The notes beneath the pieces are model-generated. The model saw only the letters and a program-made list of their open reading frames with translations. It made no database searches and was not told where the DNA came from. The position numbers and the translations under genes were made by a program. A stretch of 63,623 nt of DNA, counting the filler, from Chiloscyllium plagiosum (taxonomy: Eukaryota): the NCBI RefSeq assembly GCF_004010195.1. It is 3 parts of one record of this genome, joined end to end, with 100 filler letters (N's around TTAATTAATTAA, not from the genome) between each part and the next. Parts side by side here need not be neighbours in the genome. Positions count along the whole stretch, not along the records: positions 1 to 27,817 come from NC_057711.1; 2 more parts are not named here. One strand, written 5' to 3'. Each line of letters starts with the position of its first letter. Within the stretch, counting starts at the first letter, position 1. Of this stretch, positions 10,578-23,326 are shown piece after piece.

Positions 10578-12689
10578 CTGTCATAGACAGTCTATGACTA
10601 ATATTCTATTAGTCACTACATTATTAAATTGTTTATTCCTTGAGTACTGTAGGTTGTGGAATGTCCCTTTTAAACAAAATAACAGTTCTCCTAGGACACT
10701 GAAAGCAACATTGGCCAACTGAAAGGCATGCTGAGAAACTGACCAACTGAACACTGTGCTGGAAATTGAATCAGGCCAGAAAGACACATATGCAAACCAG
10801 ATACCTTGATTGATTGTATTGGATAGGCGTTAATGAGACAGTGGTACTGCAATACAAAGCCAGGAAACTTGCAGCATTCACTGTGGGATTGATGAGACGA
10901 CACTGCAAATTTTTGGATGGAATAATGGATCTGAATTTCAGTCAATATGTTTCTGATACAGGCCGATTCCTATGGTCAGCTCAATTAATAAATTACAATA
11001 TCCAATTACTGTCTTTTTGAACACCTTTCCTGGGACAGAAACTCAATTTATAGGGAGTAACTGAATTATGTTAATTACATTATTATATCAAACTGCTGTT
11101 ACTAAATGATAACAAGCCACTGTACTTGGCAATGATCAGAACAACTATTTAAAAGAGGCCACTTCAATCAGAGGGGTCTGTCACACACTCCAAAGAGAGC
11201 ATTAGCATCAAGAAGCAGGAAGAACAGTCTAAACCTTAGTTTGGCCAGCTGTAATTGGTATAGTATAAACTTGTCTACCATCTTGTGCTTCCAAAGCAGA
11301 TTTTAAACCAGGGTGACAGCAAAGACATTTAAGAACTGTAAGGTTATTCAGGAAATTAGAGGGAAAGAGGGTTGTTTAGTTTCAATGATGGTAAACTATG
11401 TCTCATGGTAAACCATGTCTCAGTATTAGGGTAAAACGAGTCCCATTAAGTAAGCAAGTAGATCAGACACACATGAAAACAACGCTCACGGTATTCCACT
11501 AGATTATATACTTAAATTCATTACAGCACATAAACATGAGTAGATTAATTACTTCCACGTCCATCTTTATTGAGTGCTGATATTATTTCTGGTAGCTAAA
11601 AAGGAAACATGATAAAGAATGTTCCATATTAATTTCAGTCAACAAATTTATTCCTAAGGTTAACATCAGTTTTGATATTTTAAGATGCATTCAGTTGTGA
11701 ATTGGATCCTGAGCTCAAAACTGGATGGTGGGAAGTTAGAGCAATGAAGGGAGAAAATTTCTGATTGAAGATGCCAATAATAAGGATCACATTGAAGGTG
11801 TTAAATAAAAGGGCATGCATACAGAAATGTTAGAGCTTATCATTGTGTTGGTGGTTAACTGTCAGACACCCTGACTACAGTGACTGAGCTAGATAGTGTC
11901 CTCTCACACATGGGTGAATGGCTTTCACCTTCTCTTACCAAGGCACAGAAAGCAGATCCATTGCTGGCATGTACCTGGAGACGCACCCTACTGACAGCAG
12001 GTTATGTAGGTGGTATTGCATAACGAGGGGAGGACATTAAAAAAAAATTGAATGATCTGATTTGAGTCATGGCTTTATATGTCACAGGTCCAGACAGGAT
12101 ACAAAGCCACAGACCTGCTGGACATCGTTATTGCAGTCAGAATCATAATGTGGCTGGTCCTGGGAGAACGTGCTGAAAATTCATTGGCTGACTGATCATA
12201 TGATAATGAACTCTTACGAACATAGGAACTCTCTGAGCAATAGGTATTGTGAATATGAACTAGTGCTTAGGGAGTTAATAAGGGATTTCCACATGAAGTC
12301 AAGGTTGTATCCCTGGTCTTGTTTCATGTCGTTGACATTAAAATACAGGAGATTGACCTTAGAAGGCAGTAAGACCTTCTGCTTAAGAGTCTGTTACAAA
12401 AGGAACTGCAATATTAAGACATTCACAAAGTTGATATGAATTTATATGTATAAATGGACAGGCTAGAGTAGTTGTAATTAAATCTAGTAAAGAAAATACG
12501 GAAACCATTGTTTGCCTGAACATATTTAACTATATGCTACAACATACAATGACATGATAAAAGTAAGTGAGCTTTAAGGACCATTTTAAATGAAGTGGAG
12601 TAGAGAAACTGGTGTGATTAGGCAAGAAGTTATATATTGCAGTATAACAGATGAAGGCACAGTTGTCAATGTGGACTAAAGCATGAGGG

Positions 12690-13250
12690 ATGTCCAATAG
12701 GTCAGAAATGGAGAAACAGAGAGCTCCAAGAGGATTGTTAAGTTATGCACGTCTGTAGGTGGTTATAGAAATAAGGAAAGCAAGGCCCTGAAGGAGCACA
12801 AGAAATTGGAGTGAGAATTCTACATTAGAAATATTGAGTATTATGAATTGAGCCAAAGTAGGGCTTGGAGCGATAAGATTGGGAGTGTAACAAAATATGG
12901 AATAGATTATAGCGAATAGAATTTTGTATTTCGATGAAAATTTCTTAGTGTGGAGGATGAGAAATCATTTAGTAGAATATTGATATCCTTGGATCTGGAA
13001 GTAACAAAACATATAGATTTTAGGAGGAGCAAAGCTAACATGGCAGGCAAGAGGTAGAAGTAGGTCATCAGAGGACATCAGAGCAAAAGCCCAGGACAAA
13101 ATTCAATAAGTTACGGTTCAATCTGAAACAATATCAAGATTGGATGGAAAATCGTTACAGAGTGTACAGTGGAGGTTGAAGATAAACATTTTGATTTTTT
13201 TAATACCAATCCTCCTGAAAGGAAATTGTAGTTTATTTGAGTCTGACTGT
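12690..13250 (-). mobile_element. highly decayed L2-type LINE fragment
   Basis: Residual resemblance to antisense L2 RT 3' region (e.g. GATCTGGAAGTAACAAAACAT, AGAATTTTG); no ORF support. Confidence 0.35.
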
Positions 13251-13297
13251 CGAACAAAAGCTATTCCAGTTCTACCTTCTATTAAAGTTACCTCCAA

Positions 13298-15793
13298 GAC
13301 ATCCAAGATGGTGGCGACCCAGCAAGTCTGAGTCTATAGTGCTCCTCCCAAGATTGGGCAAAGTGGGCCACCTGCCTCTACCACACTTACCAAATCATTT
13401 AAAATAGTTTTTACTTAATGTAATAAAGTACTAAATTTAAACAGTCTAGTCTCCTATAAAAATGACTAGGGGGAAATGAGCCCGCAGTTCTCAGCAGGCA
13501 GGAGCCTCTCCCCCACCCTCCCCAGCTGCAGCAGAGGAGTCCGCAGCCACCCCGGGGGACTTACCAATGGAAATAATCTCCAAACTTGATGTGAAGATCG
13601 ATGCCTTCATCGAAGAGTGCCGGAGCAGATGGAATTCACTCTCGGCAGCGCTACGAAAGCACGACCAAGATATCGAGGAAATCGAGTGCCGAGTCGGAGG
13701 GGCAGAGCTAAAGGCTGTGACCTCCAAGACTATAGCAGAATCGTCTGTGGATCGGATCCGGACTCTCGAACAGCAAGCCTGGACCTTAGAGAATCACATT
13801 GATGACCTCAAGAATCGAGGGCGTCGAAAAAATATTTGTTTGCTGGGCCTTCCTGAACGGGAAGATGAAGGCCAGCTTACAGTGTTCCTTGAGCAGTGGC
13901 TTCCATTGCTGTTAAATCTAGAGGCTGGATCAGGCCAGGTAAGGGTGGAATGGGCCTACTGGGTTGCAGTGCTCGAACCAGCGCCCCTGCCCGGTCCTGT
14001 TCCGGCTGCAGAGCTACAAGGAGAGACAGATGCTCTTGGAAGCTTCCAGAAATCTTGGGAAAGATCCCCAAGCCATGATTTATAAAGGATCAAGATTATG
14101 TTATTTCAGGACTTTTCCCCAGCTTTGGTCTGAAAAAGGAAGGTGTTTGGTGAAGCGAAGAAGCGTTTAAGGGACTTAAACATTTAGTACTCCTTGCGCT
14201 ACCCAGCTACGCTACGCTTCAGTCATGAAGGGTCCGTGTATAACTTCGGATCACCGGAGAAGGCCAAGGAATTTTTGGACTCTCTTAGATAAATTGTAAG
14301 AATTAATTGATGTTGTTTTGCCCTCCCCCCTCCCCCCTCCCCAGTTTACCCCCTTTTTTTCCCTTTCACTACCTTACTGTTTAATATTATCTCCGGGGAG
14401 GTGGGGAGAGGGATTTATTTATTTATTCTTCACTTAGCGATTTTCTCACCCTTTTTTTTAAAAAAAAAATATATATATAGGCCAGGGGGTCTAGTTAATG
14501 TAGGTGGGGGGAGGTGGTTACCTTAACCTATTTTATCTCTGTCCTTAGGAGCGGTGTTGTTTTCCCCTGTTATTTTGTGTTACTATATTTAATTATTATT
14601 TGCTGAGAATGTAATTTTATAGTTATATATGTTCATACATGGTATTAACATTACCAAATGTGTTGGTGTGTGTGTGTGGGGTAGGGGGGTGTGGAAGGTA
14701 GGGTACTCATTGTTACTTCTGGCTCAGTAGTATATTTGAATTTTCTTTATCCTATTGTGGGGTGCCTGGGTCAAGGGTGGGGCACTGGTTGGGAGAGGTT
14801 ATGATGGGCTTTTGGAAAGGAAGTGATGCCCCCTGGGAACAAGGGGAAAAATCTTCACTTAAATACATTTTATATTTTTTTATTTAGAAATAGTTTTTTT
14901 TTATATTGATCTGAGTGTATTAAAGAGCTTTTATTTTTGTGAATTTTATAAGCTCTATGCTCGGGATGTTTTGGATAAGGTTTCTTCTCCCAAGGAGTCT
15001 CGGACTTGCCCGGTGATTATGGTTAATCAGTCGATTAAACAGTGCACCTGAAATGTCACGGGGAATAATTCACCAATCAAAAGGAAGAAAATATTATCAA
15101 ACCTCAAGAAAGAAAGGGTTGATATAGCTCTCATGTAGGAGACACACTTATTGGATAAAGAACACCTGAAATTATGACAGAGAAGAGCCTATTTTCCATT
15201 CTCTCTTACTGTGCAAGGAAAAATATTCTGGTAAACTGGGTGGCTGAGGGCTGTCATGGACTTTCGAATTGGCACAGAATAATTATGGAATATATTTCCC
15301 CTGACTTCCTTACAAATATGGTGCACCAAAAAAACCGAATTGTTCCATAAAATATGGCAGCCCTTCTTGAATTACACAAATACAGATATTTCGGTCATCC
15401 TAACAAGGGTTTTTATTTAATTGAGAGGGTGAACCTGGCTGGTCCAGGGCTCTTTGGGAGAGGAATCCCACACGAATACGGGTTTTGTTATGATCTGATG
15501 TTAACACATTCTGAGCATGTAAATCACTACTCAATTTCTGTATTATCCATCGTTTTTTTTTCTCTCTTGAGTAATGTAGGAGATTTAATCATACACTCTG
15601 GTTAATTGTAGGTTAGATGAGTAGTTAGTTGAGTTTTGTTTTTTTTTCTCAGTATTTTTTTTCTGTTTGATAGACTTTGGTTATTATTTATTTAAGATTT
15701 AATTGTATATCAATGTTTATACTTGGATTTTTAGTTTTCTTTTGTAAACATGTAAACATATGTTAAATTTTCAATAAAGATATCTATAAAACA
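13298..15793 (+). mobile_element. L1-clade element with both ends and ORF1, ORF2 almost entirely deleted
   Basis: Starts GACATCCAAGATGG; ends AATAAA plus A-rich tail. 14-bp TSD AAAGTTACCTCCAA (13284-13297) / AAAGCTACTTCCAA (15794-15807). ORF2 N-terminus (15019-15180) abuts ORF2 C-terminus (15180-15420). Confidence 0.85.
13462..14292 (+). pseudogene. L1 ORF1p (coiled-coil plus RRM/CTD), disrupted
   Basis: Heptad-rich region, then DDLKNRGRRKNICLLGLPE, RPCPVLFRLQSYKERQ and YPATLRF-type motifs spread across frameshifts. Confidence 0.8.
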
Positions 15794-15954
15794 AAAGCTA
15801 CTTCCAAAAGAGTTTTGGAAGTAGGATTCATACTTTGAAGGCTCCTGTACTCAGCTTGAGATGGAGATTCCCCATTTTGAAAATTCTTAAAATAAAGTGT
15901 TAGTCCCAGTATTAGAGTGGAAGATCCTGGATCCAGGCACATGGCTAAGCAAGT

Positions 15955-16170
15955 AAGAAGGACTGTAATGTTGAACTTTCAACTTTATTTCTTTATTTTT
16001 CTAGTTTATATCTAAGATTTTATACCTAGGTTCCTTTGAATCTAAGATGGCAGCAGGAATGGCAACTTTGTACACTTTACACTGTACTTCTATATCCCTG
16101 TACTTGGATGTACGTGACCATAAAGTCTAATTCTAATTCTGTTTCTAATTCTAATTATATTTCTAATTCT
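15955..16170 (+). mobile_element. non-coding retroposon fragment with Rex/Babar-like 3' tail
   Basis: GAAGGACTGTAATGTT...AAGATGG...CACTGTAC...GTGACCATAAA-(TCTAAT)n; similar to 28515-28743. Confidence 0.5.
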
Positions 16171-16849
16171 AAGAGTTGGTGGAATTTTAAAAACAAATTA
16201 CTGGAACTCATTAAGAGTCGTGTTTTCCTGTTGCTTTGTTTAAGCAGAGGCTGCGGGGGGTGGTGGTGGTGAGGCGATACGAGATAGCACAGCACTGGGG
16301 TGTGTGTGCAGAATAAGATTTCAAGCAACAGGCAGCTGATTGGTTTGTGCAAATGTGACTACTCATAGGTTCTGTATGTCATTAGCCTGGATGAGAATTC
16401 TCTCACCAACTCCAGGAACAGTTGAACATTTTTGGTTCTTACAATAGAGGGGAAGAAGACAGCTAGTTTGGGATCACTATCTCTCTGCAGTAAGAGTACC
16501 TGAAGTCTGAAAAAGAGTCAGTTATTTTCTCCCACCAATTACTGTAAACTGCTACCTTTAACCAGTAGCTAAGAGACTTTGTAATTAATATCCCAATAGT
16601 TTTCTGCTTCCTGCAAAGAAGTGAAAGAACCTGGAGAATGAAGATCAAAGAATAGAAGGACTTGAGAATCAAAAGGAACATTTCATCGAACACTGTGGAC
16701 TGCTGCTTTGAACTATAATTCCCTTTTTATCCCTCCATTCATGACACCACTTCTTTTGTTTGTCTGCGTTTGTCTGTATATGTAAGGGCTTAAACAGGGG
16801 TTAGAGCTTCAGCTGATAGAGTTATTTAAAACAAACATCAGGTCTTATT

Positions 16850-17097
16850 CAGTATGTGAATTTCTTCAGCCATAGGGTGGTTAATCTTTGAAACTCATTG
16901 CTGGAAAAGGTTCTGGAGGCCAAGTTTCTGAATGTATATAAGACAGAGATAAATAGGCTCTTGATTAGTAAAGGGATCAAAGGCTATGGGAAGAAGGCAG
17001 GAGAATAGAGTGAAGAAATATATCAACTGTGACCGAATGGCATAGGAGACACAATGGGCTGAATGGTCTAATTCTGCACCTAAATCTTATGGTCTAT
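16850..17097 (+). mobile_element. CR1 3'-end fragment
   Basis: GAATTTCTTCAGCCATAGGGTGG...GGGATCAAAGGCTATGGG...GGGCTGAATGGTCTAATTCTGC. Confidence 0.75.
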
Positions 17098-17229
17098 TGG
17101 AAAGTGGCCAGATTTTTTGTAAACCTGATTCTACCAGCTAGATGAACTGGAGACTCTAGATACTTTGAATAAATCTTTAACTTTTGTGATGACCATAAGT
17201 GTCAGTCTATTTTCCCAAAAACAACAAAA

Positions 17230-17402
17230 TCAACAGTGGTTCGATGGATACCACTAGGTTAACATTTTATTCTAGTTTTTATTTTTATTGAATTCAAATT
17301 TCATTATCTGCCATCATGGGATTCAAATCCATATCCCCAGAACATTAGCCGAGGATTCAGGATTATGAGTCCAGAGACATAACCACAACTGACTGTCTCC
17401 CT
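17230..17402 (-). mobile_element. fragment of a second tRNA-headed SINE family
   Basis: Similar to 23713-23880(+) and 48030-48168(-): GAATTCAAATTTC..ATCTGCCAT..GGGATTCAAA..CCCCAGAACATTAGCC. Confidence 0.6.
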
Positions 17403-17509
17403 CAGTGATAGTGGGATTGCCAAGAGAAACCCTAAAAGTACAAGAGAGAAAGAAAGTCGATGCGGAAGAAGAGTCACATTGGACTTGAAATTTTAAAATC
17501 TATTTCTCA

Positions 17510-18325
17510 GTCAATAGACAATAGACAATAGGTGCAGGAGTAGGCCATTCAGCCCTTCGAGCCTGCACCACCATTCAATGTGATCATGTTTGATCATTCC
17601 TAATCAGTATCCTGTTCCTGCCTTATCTCTATAACCCTTGATTCCACTATGTTTGATAGCTCTATCCAACTCTGTTTTGAATGAATCACTCGAGGGTATA
17701 CAAGCCCAGTCGCTCCAGTCTTTCAGCGTAAGGTAGTCCCGCTATTCCAGGAATTGACCTCGTGAACCTACGCTGCACTTCCTCAATAGCCAGAATGTCT
17801 TTTCTCAAATTTGGAGACCAGAACTGCACACAGTACTCCAGGTGTGGTCTCACCAGGGCCCTGTACAGCTGCAGAAGCATCTCTTTGCTTCTATACTCAA
17901 TTCCTCTTGTTATGAAGGCCGGCATGCTATTAGCCTTCTTCACTACCTTCTGTACCTGCATGCTTGCCTTCATTGATTGGTGTACAAGAACACCCAGATC
18001 TCTCTGTACTGCCTCTTTACATAAATTGATTCCATTGAGGTAGTAGTCTGCCTTCCTGTTCTTGCCACCAAAGTGGATAACCATACATTTATCCACATTA
18101 AACTGCATCTGCCATGCATCTGCCCACTCACCTAACTTGTCCAGGTCACCCTGTAATCTCCTAACATCCTCATCACATTTCACCCTGCCACCCAGCTTTG
18201 TATCATCAGCAAATTTGCTAATGTTATTGCTGATACCATCTTCTATATCATTAACATATATTGTAAAAAGCTGCGGTCCCAGCACGGCATTCCGAAATGG
18301 AGCCGTTTATCACTACCCTGATTCT
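17510..18325 (-). mobile_element. CR1 3' fragment of the (CTATTGT)n-tail subfamily, with internal deletions
   Basis: ORF 17686-18285 (LGPQLFTIYVND, SKFADDTKLGG, LEYCVQFWSP); tail at 17512-17531. Same subfamily as 33405, 59904 and 60833. Confidence 0.92.
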
Positions 18326-19991
18326 AAGGGACTTCTAGAGTTCTTCACACACTTTATTTGTTTATTTCAAATCTTCAGTAGTCACAGTATTTTGCTTTTA
18401 CTTTATTTAGGAGGCCAGCTATGATTTTAGTCCCAATGTATTTATAATTGTAGCTTTCATGCGTATTCTGTATAGAATTCTCAATAATTTCTCAGGCCTG
18501 TTCTAAATGACTTTGTCCCAGAAATTGGTATTATAATCAGCTGACTTTGAAATTCCTGATTGGTTTGATGCCAGGAGCATTAACAGATCAAATTTTACCA
18601 CATTCCCAGTCATGCACTATGGGACCTGGGGTCAGATTTTGCTAGACACATTTGGAATCCTATGGAATTCCTGGGGTCAAGGGGAGAGACAGATTTGTGA
18701 ACACAGACCCAGAAGTTCCATCCATTTTGTCCTCTGACGTGATTTTTGGGAGAGCAAGAATGTTATAAATTCCACAAGATGGTGATTAGAGGTTGGCAGC
18801 ATCATTCTGGAAGTGGACAATTCAGAATGTCTGTAATTTTAAATACCATTCTGTCAAATCAAGCCTGCAGTGATGGTATGAATGTGGAAGGTTGAGTAAA
18901 AATGGTATTGTTTCATTTATAGTTCATTATGAAATCCTATAGCCTTCAATCTATGTCCACTGAAATGCAGTGTTTGCATAAAGTAAGTGAATATTAAGTA
19001 GTGGAGCTTCTAGGTTCTTAATTCTGACAAATGGTGAGCTTTCATGTGAAAGAACAGTATTCTAAAAATTGAAAAGTTGTCAGATACACTAGAATAGTCA
19101 ACTATTGGATAAAATGTTATCCTGCATTGTATAATATTGAGAGTGTAGCCCAATGTAAAGTCAATAAGTTGAAAACTTTTCCCATGGCTTACATTCATTA
19201 TTTACATCACACTTCAACTATCTGTTCAGCAGTTTGGAGTCTTTGACAGATTGATAGCTTTTTGGATGTCTTCAGAAGTACTAATAGATTTTGTAAACAT
19301 GGATTTGTTTACAGAGCTATAATAGACAAATTATTTTGATAGTCTGCTTTCTCAAATTGCTTCTGTATTGCAAGGATTGTTTTACATGGCTCATGTATAG
19401 AAATTCAGCTTGTTTATTTTCAGAGAACAATGAATGACTAAGAAAAACATTTTTTGTATGCCTATCAAATGTTTTGTTTATTTTGAAAAATTCCTGAAAT
19501 TCAATAAAGAGAATGGTTTTAATTGCCAATTTAAGTGTTTACTTATTGTTTGTTTTGACAGATTTATGAGCTTTTCAAATTATTAATGTTCTTATGAGCA
19601 CAGGATATAGTTCACAACATTAAGGTGGCTCTTAATGAGCACCTTCCTCCCTGATCTCCAGTCCACAATCAGGTACTGATTCCCTTGATTGAGCGACACT
19701 TCTGCCCTAAGATGACATGCAGATTGCATGGTGTTCACTGTTGTGCATGCCTTATCATGAGAGGCTGGGTTAATCCCTGAAGCAGGATGAAGCCGTTATG
19801 TGGTCCTTAATTGACAATAGAACCTCAGACCATTCTGTCTATGCTGATCAAAGAAGAAAAAACAAGAGACCATCTGTTCTAATTCCACCCTCTATCACCT
19901 CATACATCGCCTTGCAGGTTATAGCAATTTTGGGCTGAAAATGTGTTGCTGGAAAAGCGCAGCAGGTCAGGCAGCGTCCAAGGAGCAGGAG

Positions 19992-20026
19992 AATCGACGT
20001 TTCGGGCATGAGCCCTTCTTCAGGAA
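19992..20026 (-). ncRNA. minimal hammerhead ribozyme motif, core intact
   Basis: UUC-CUGAAGA-A-GGGC(UCAU)GCCC-GAA-ACGU-C-GAUU; GUC cleavage triplet, palindromic ACGU. Confidence 0.72.
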
Positions 20027-20029
20027 GGG

Positions 20030-20064
20030 CTCCTGAAGAAGGGCTCATGCCCGAAACGTTGATT
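20030..20064 (+). ncRNA. minimal hammerhead ribozyme motif
   Basis: CUC-CUGAAGA-A-GGGC(UCAU)GCCC-GAA-ACGU-U-GAUU. Confidence 0.68.
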
Positions 20065-20167
20065 CTCCTGCTCCTTGGATGCTGCCTGACTTGCTGCGCT
20101 TTTCCAGCAACACATTTTCAGCTCTGATCTCCAGCATCTGCAGTCCTTACTTTCTCCTATAGTAATT

Positions 20168-20534
20168 TTGGGACCCTGCAACTACACGGGATAAATGTGG
20201 ATTTCAACAGCTTCCTCGTTTCCCTTCCCCCCACATTATCCCAGTCCCAAGCCTCCAACTCGGCACTGCCCACTGGACCTGTCCATCACTGCCCCCTCTG
20301 ACCTATCACTTTCTCCCTCACTTTCATTCACCTATCGCTTTTCCAGCTACCTCCCCCCAACCTCACCCCCTCCCATTTATCTCTCAGCCCCAACCCACAA
20401 ACCTCAGTCCTGATGAAGGGCTTATGTCCGAAACATTGATTCTCCTGCTCCTCGGATGCGGCCTGGCCTGTTGTGCTTTTCCAGCACCACACTCTCGACT
20501 CTGATCTCCAGCGTCTGCAGTCCTCACTTTCTCC
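20168..20534 (+). mobile_element. PLE 3' end: last codons of the ORF, pyrimidine-rich linker, hammerhead and tail
   Basis: TTGGGACCCTGCAACTACACGGGATAAATGTGGATTTC = LGTLQLHGINVDF; hammerhead motif at 20407-20441; CTCCAGCGTCTGCAGTCCTCACTTTCTCC end. Confidence 0.78.
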
Positions 20535-20699
20535 ATGTGTGGAATCTACTACATTTTAAATAGGTTTAGGATTCCTACTTTGAGCACCAAGCCAGGCATC
20601 AAATTCCAGACAACCACTACCTTCTGGGTGAAAGGACATTTCACCATGTACCCTCTAATAAGGAGAGATGGTATCTTGGCTGATTCCTCAACTGAGGTC

Positions 20700-23310
20700 A
20701 AAACAAAAAGTGGCACTCACATCATTGGGAATGTACTACAGATCCCCTACAATCAGTGAGAGTTAGAAGGGCAAATGTGGAGACAAATCTCAGAGAAGTG
20801 TCAAAATAATAGTAGGGGATTTCAACTTCCCTAATACTAATTGGGATAGATACAATGTGAAAAGCTTGGAGGGGCAGAATTCTTAAAATGTATCCAGAAG
20901 AATTTTTAAACCAGCATATAGAGTTGTACGGTGCTATATCTAATTTTAGGGAATAAAGCTGGCTAGTGATACAAGTGTCTGTGTGGAAGCATTTTAGTGG
21001 TAGCGACCATAACATGGTAAGATTTAAGGTAATTATGGATAAGATGGTCTGGAAATAAAGGTTTTGAGTTGGGAGCAGGCTGATTTTAAAATGATAGTAT
21101 AGGATCTGTCCAAAGTGACTGGGAGCAGCTTGGAGGAAAATCTGCTTCAGAAGAGTTAGAGTTATTCCAAAAGGAAATAGTGAAAGTGCAGGGCCGACAT
21201 GTCCCCATAAAGATGAAGGGTGGGATCAACAAGTCGAAAGAGGCCTGAATGTCAAGGAACATATAGGATTAAGGAAGAAAAGGAAGCAGATACCATGGGC
21301 TAAAATCACAGGAAACCCTAAATGTATATACCAAAGAGAAAATTATGAATGTGAAGTATGGACATGAAAAATATGAGTGCAGAAAGTAAAGGTAAATCTA
21401 AAGGCATTTTATTCGTATATTAGAGGCAAGAGAATAACTGGGACAACAAAAGTCAGGTTCATTAAGGACAAGGTGGCAATCTGTGTGTATTGCTGGAAGA
21501 TGTAGATGAAGTTTAAAGTTGTTACTTTTGATCTATATTCTCTATTACTGTGGAGAAAGCAGTATAGATATAGAAATCAGGGACGCATAGAATCATAGAG
21601 GTCAACAGCATGGAAAAGGCACTTCAGCCCATCATGTTTGCGCCAGTCAAAAACCACATCTAATTATTCTAATCCCATTTTTCAGCAATTGGCCCATGGC
21701 CTTGTATACTTTGGAATCGGAAGTGCACATCTAAATGCTTCTTAAATGTTATAAGGGATGTTGACCATGGTATACGTGAACAAATTACAATTGAGAGAGG
21801 AGGGATTAGTAGTTTTAATGGGGCTTAAAATTGGATTACCTCCTAAACCCAAATGAGATGTATCCCAGGCTGCTGTAGGAGGCAAGGGAGGAAATTTCAG
21901 GGGTCTGACATTAATTTTTGAATGCTCTCTGGCCACAGGAGAAATATCAGAGGACTGGAGGAAAGCTAATGTGGTACCATTATTCAAGAAAGGTGGTAAG
22001 AATAAACCAGAGAATTAAAGGCCAGTGAATGCGATATTGTGACAGAGATACCATTGGAAAGCAATTAGAGGGACAGAATTAATCTCCACTTGGAGAAACA
22101 AAGATAAACCAAGGATAGTCAACATGGCTTTTTCAGGGGGAGATCATGCCTGCCAGGTTTGATTGATATTCTTCAGGCTGTTTAGGTGAGTAGATGAGGA
22201 TAGTGCTGTTAATATATGGATTCTTTCAAAGAAAAGTCATATTGTACTCGAAATGTTAACTGTATTTCTCTCTCCACAAATGCTGACAGACCTTCTGAGT
22301 TCCTCCAGCAATTTCTGCTATTATTTCCAGTATCTGCTGTATTTTGTTTTTATATAAGCTTTTTGTTTTGCTTTATTTTGCCTCATATGTTTCTGGATAG
22401 CCATTTCTATAGGAGCACCTCTGCTCTTTGTGATTTTTATAAATGACTTGGATGAGGAAGTGGAAGAGTGGATTAGTAAGGTTTACGATGACACAAAGGT
22501 TGATGGAGTTGTGGATTGTGTGGCGGGCTGGTGTAGGTTGCAACTGGACATTGGCTGGATGCAGAATTGGGTTGAGAAGTGGCAGATGGATTTCAACCTG
22601 GAAATGTGTGAAGCGATTCATTTTGGAAGGTCAAATTTGAATGCAGTTTATAGGGTTAAAGGCAGGATTCTTGACAGTGTGGAGGAACAGACGGATCTTG
22701 AGGTCCACGTCCATAGATCCCTCAAAGCTGCCACCCAAGTTGATAGGATTATTAAGAAGGCATATGGTGTATTGGCTTTTGTTAGCGGGGGATTGAGTTT
22801 AAGAACCTCAAGGTTATGCTGCAGCTCTATAAAGCCCTGGTAAGACCACACTTAGAATATTGTGTTCAGTTCTGGTCTCCTCATTATAGGAAGGATGTGG
22901 AAGGTTTGGAGAGGGTGTGGAGGAAATTTACCAGGATACTGCCTGGACTGGAGAGCATGTCTTATGAAGAAAGGTTGAGGAAGTTAGGGCTTTTCTCATT
23001 GGAGTAAAGAAGGATGAGAGGACACTTGATAAAGGTATACAAGATGATGACAGGCATGACAGAGTGGATAGCCAGAGACTTTTTCCCAAGACGGGAATGG
23101 CTATCACAGGGGGGCATAATTTTAAGGTGATTGGAAGAAGGTTTAGGGGAGATGTCAGAAGTAGGTTCTTTACACAGAGAGTGCTGGGTGCATGGAATGC
23201 ACTGCCAGCAGCAATGCTGAGAGTCAGATAGATTAGGGACATTTAAGCAGCTTTTGGATGGGCACATGGATGATGCTAAAATGCAGGGTATGTAGTTCAG
23301 TTTGATCTTA
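20700..23310 (+). mobile_element. decayed CR1 ORF2 (APE to RT to 3' UTR) with nested CR1 tail (21586-21760, -) and PLE terminus (22225-22350)
   Basis: GDFNFP-like GGGGATTTCAACTTCCC, SDHN-like AGCGACCATAAC, ORFs 22430-22843 (INDLDEE..DDTK) and 22816-23007 (LEYCVQFWSP). Confidence 0.88.
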
Positions 23311-23326
23311 GAGTAGGATAAAAGGT

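Larger units (their letters stand above)
19935..20157. mobile_element. young miniature hairpin PLE derivative with two back-to-back hammerheads and 15-bp TSD
   Basis: TSD TATAGYAATTTTGGG at 19920-19934 and 20158-20172. ~91-bp near-perfect inverted arms, 5-bp spacer, 36-nt right tail. Confidence 0.88.
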
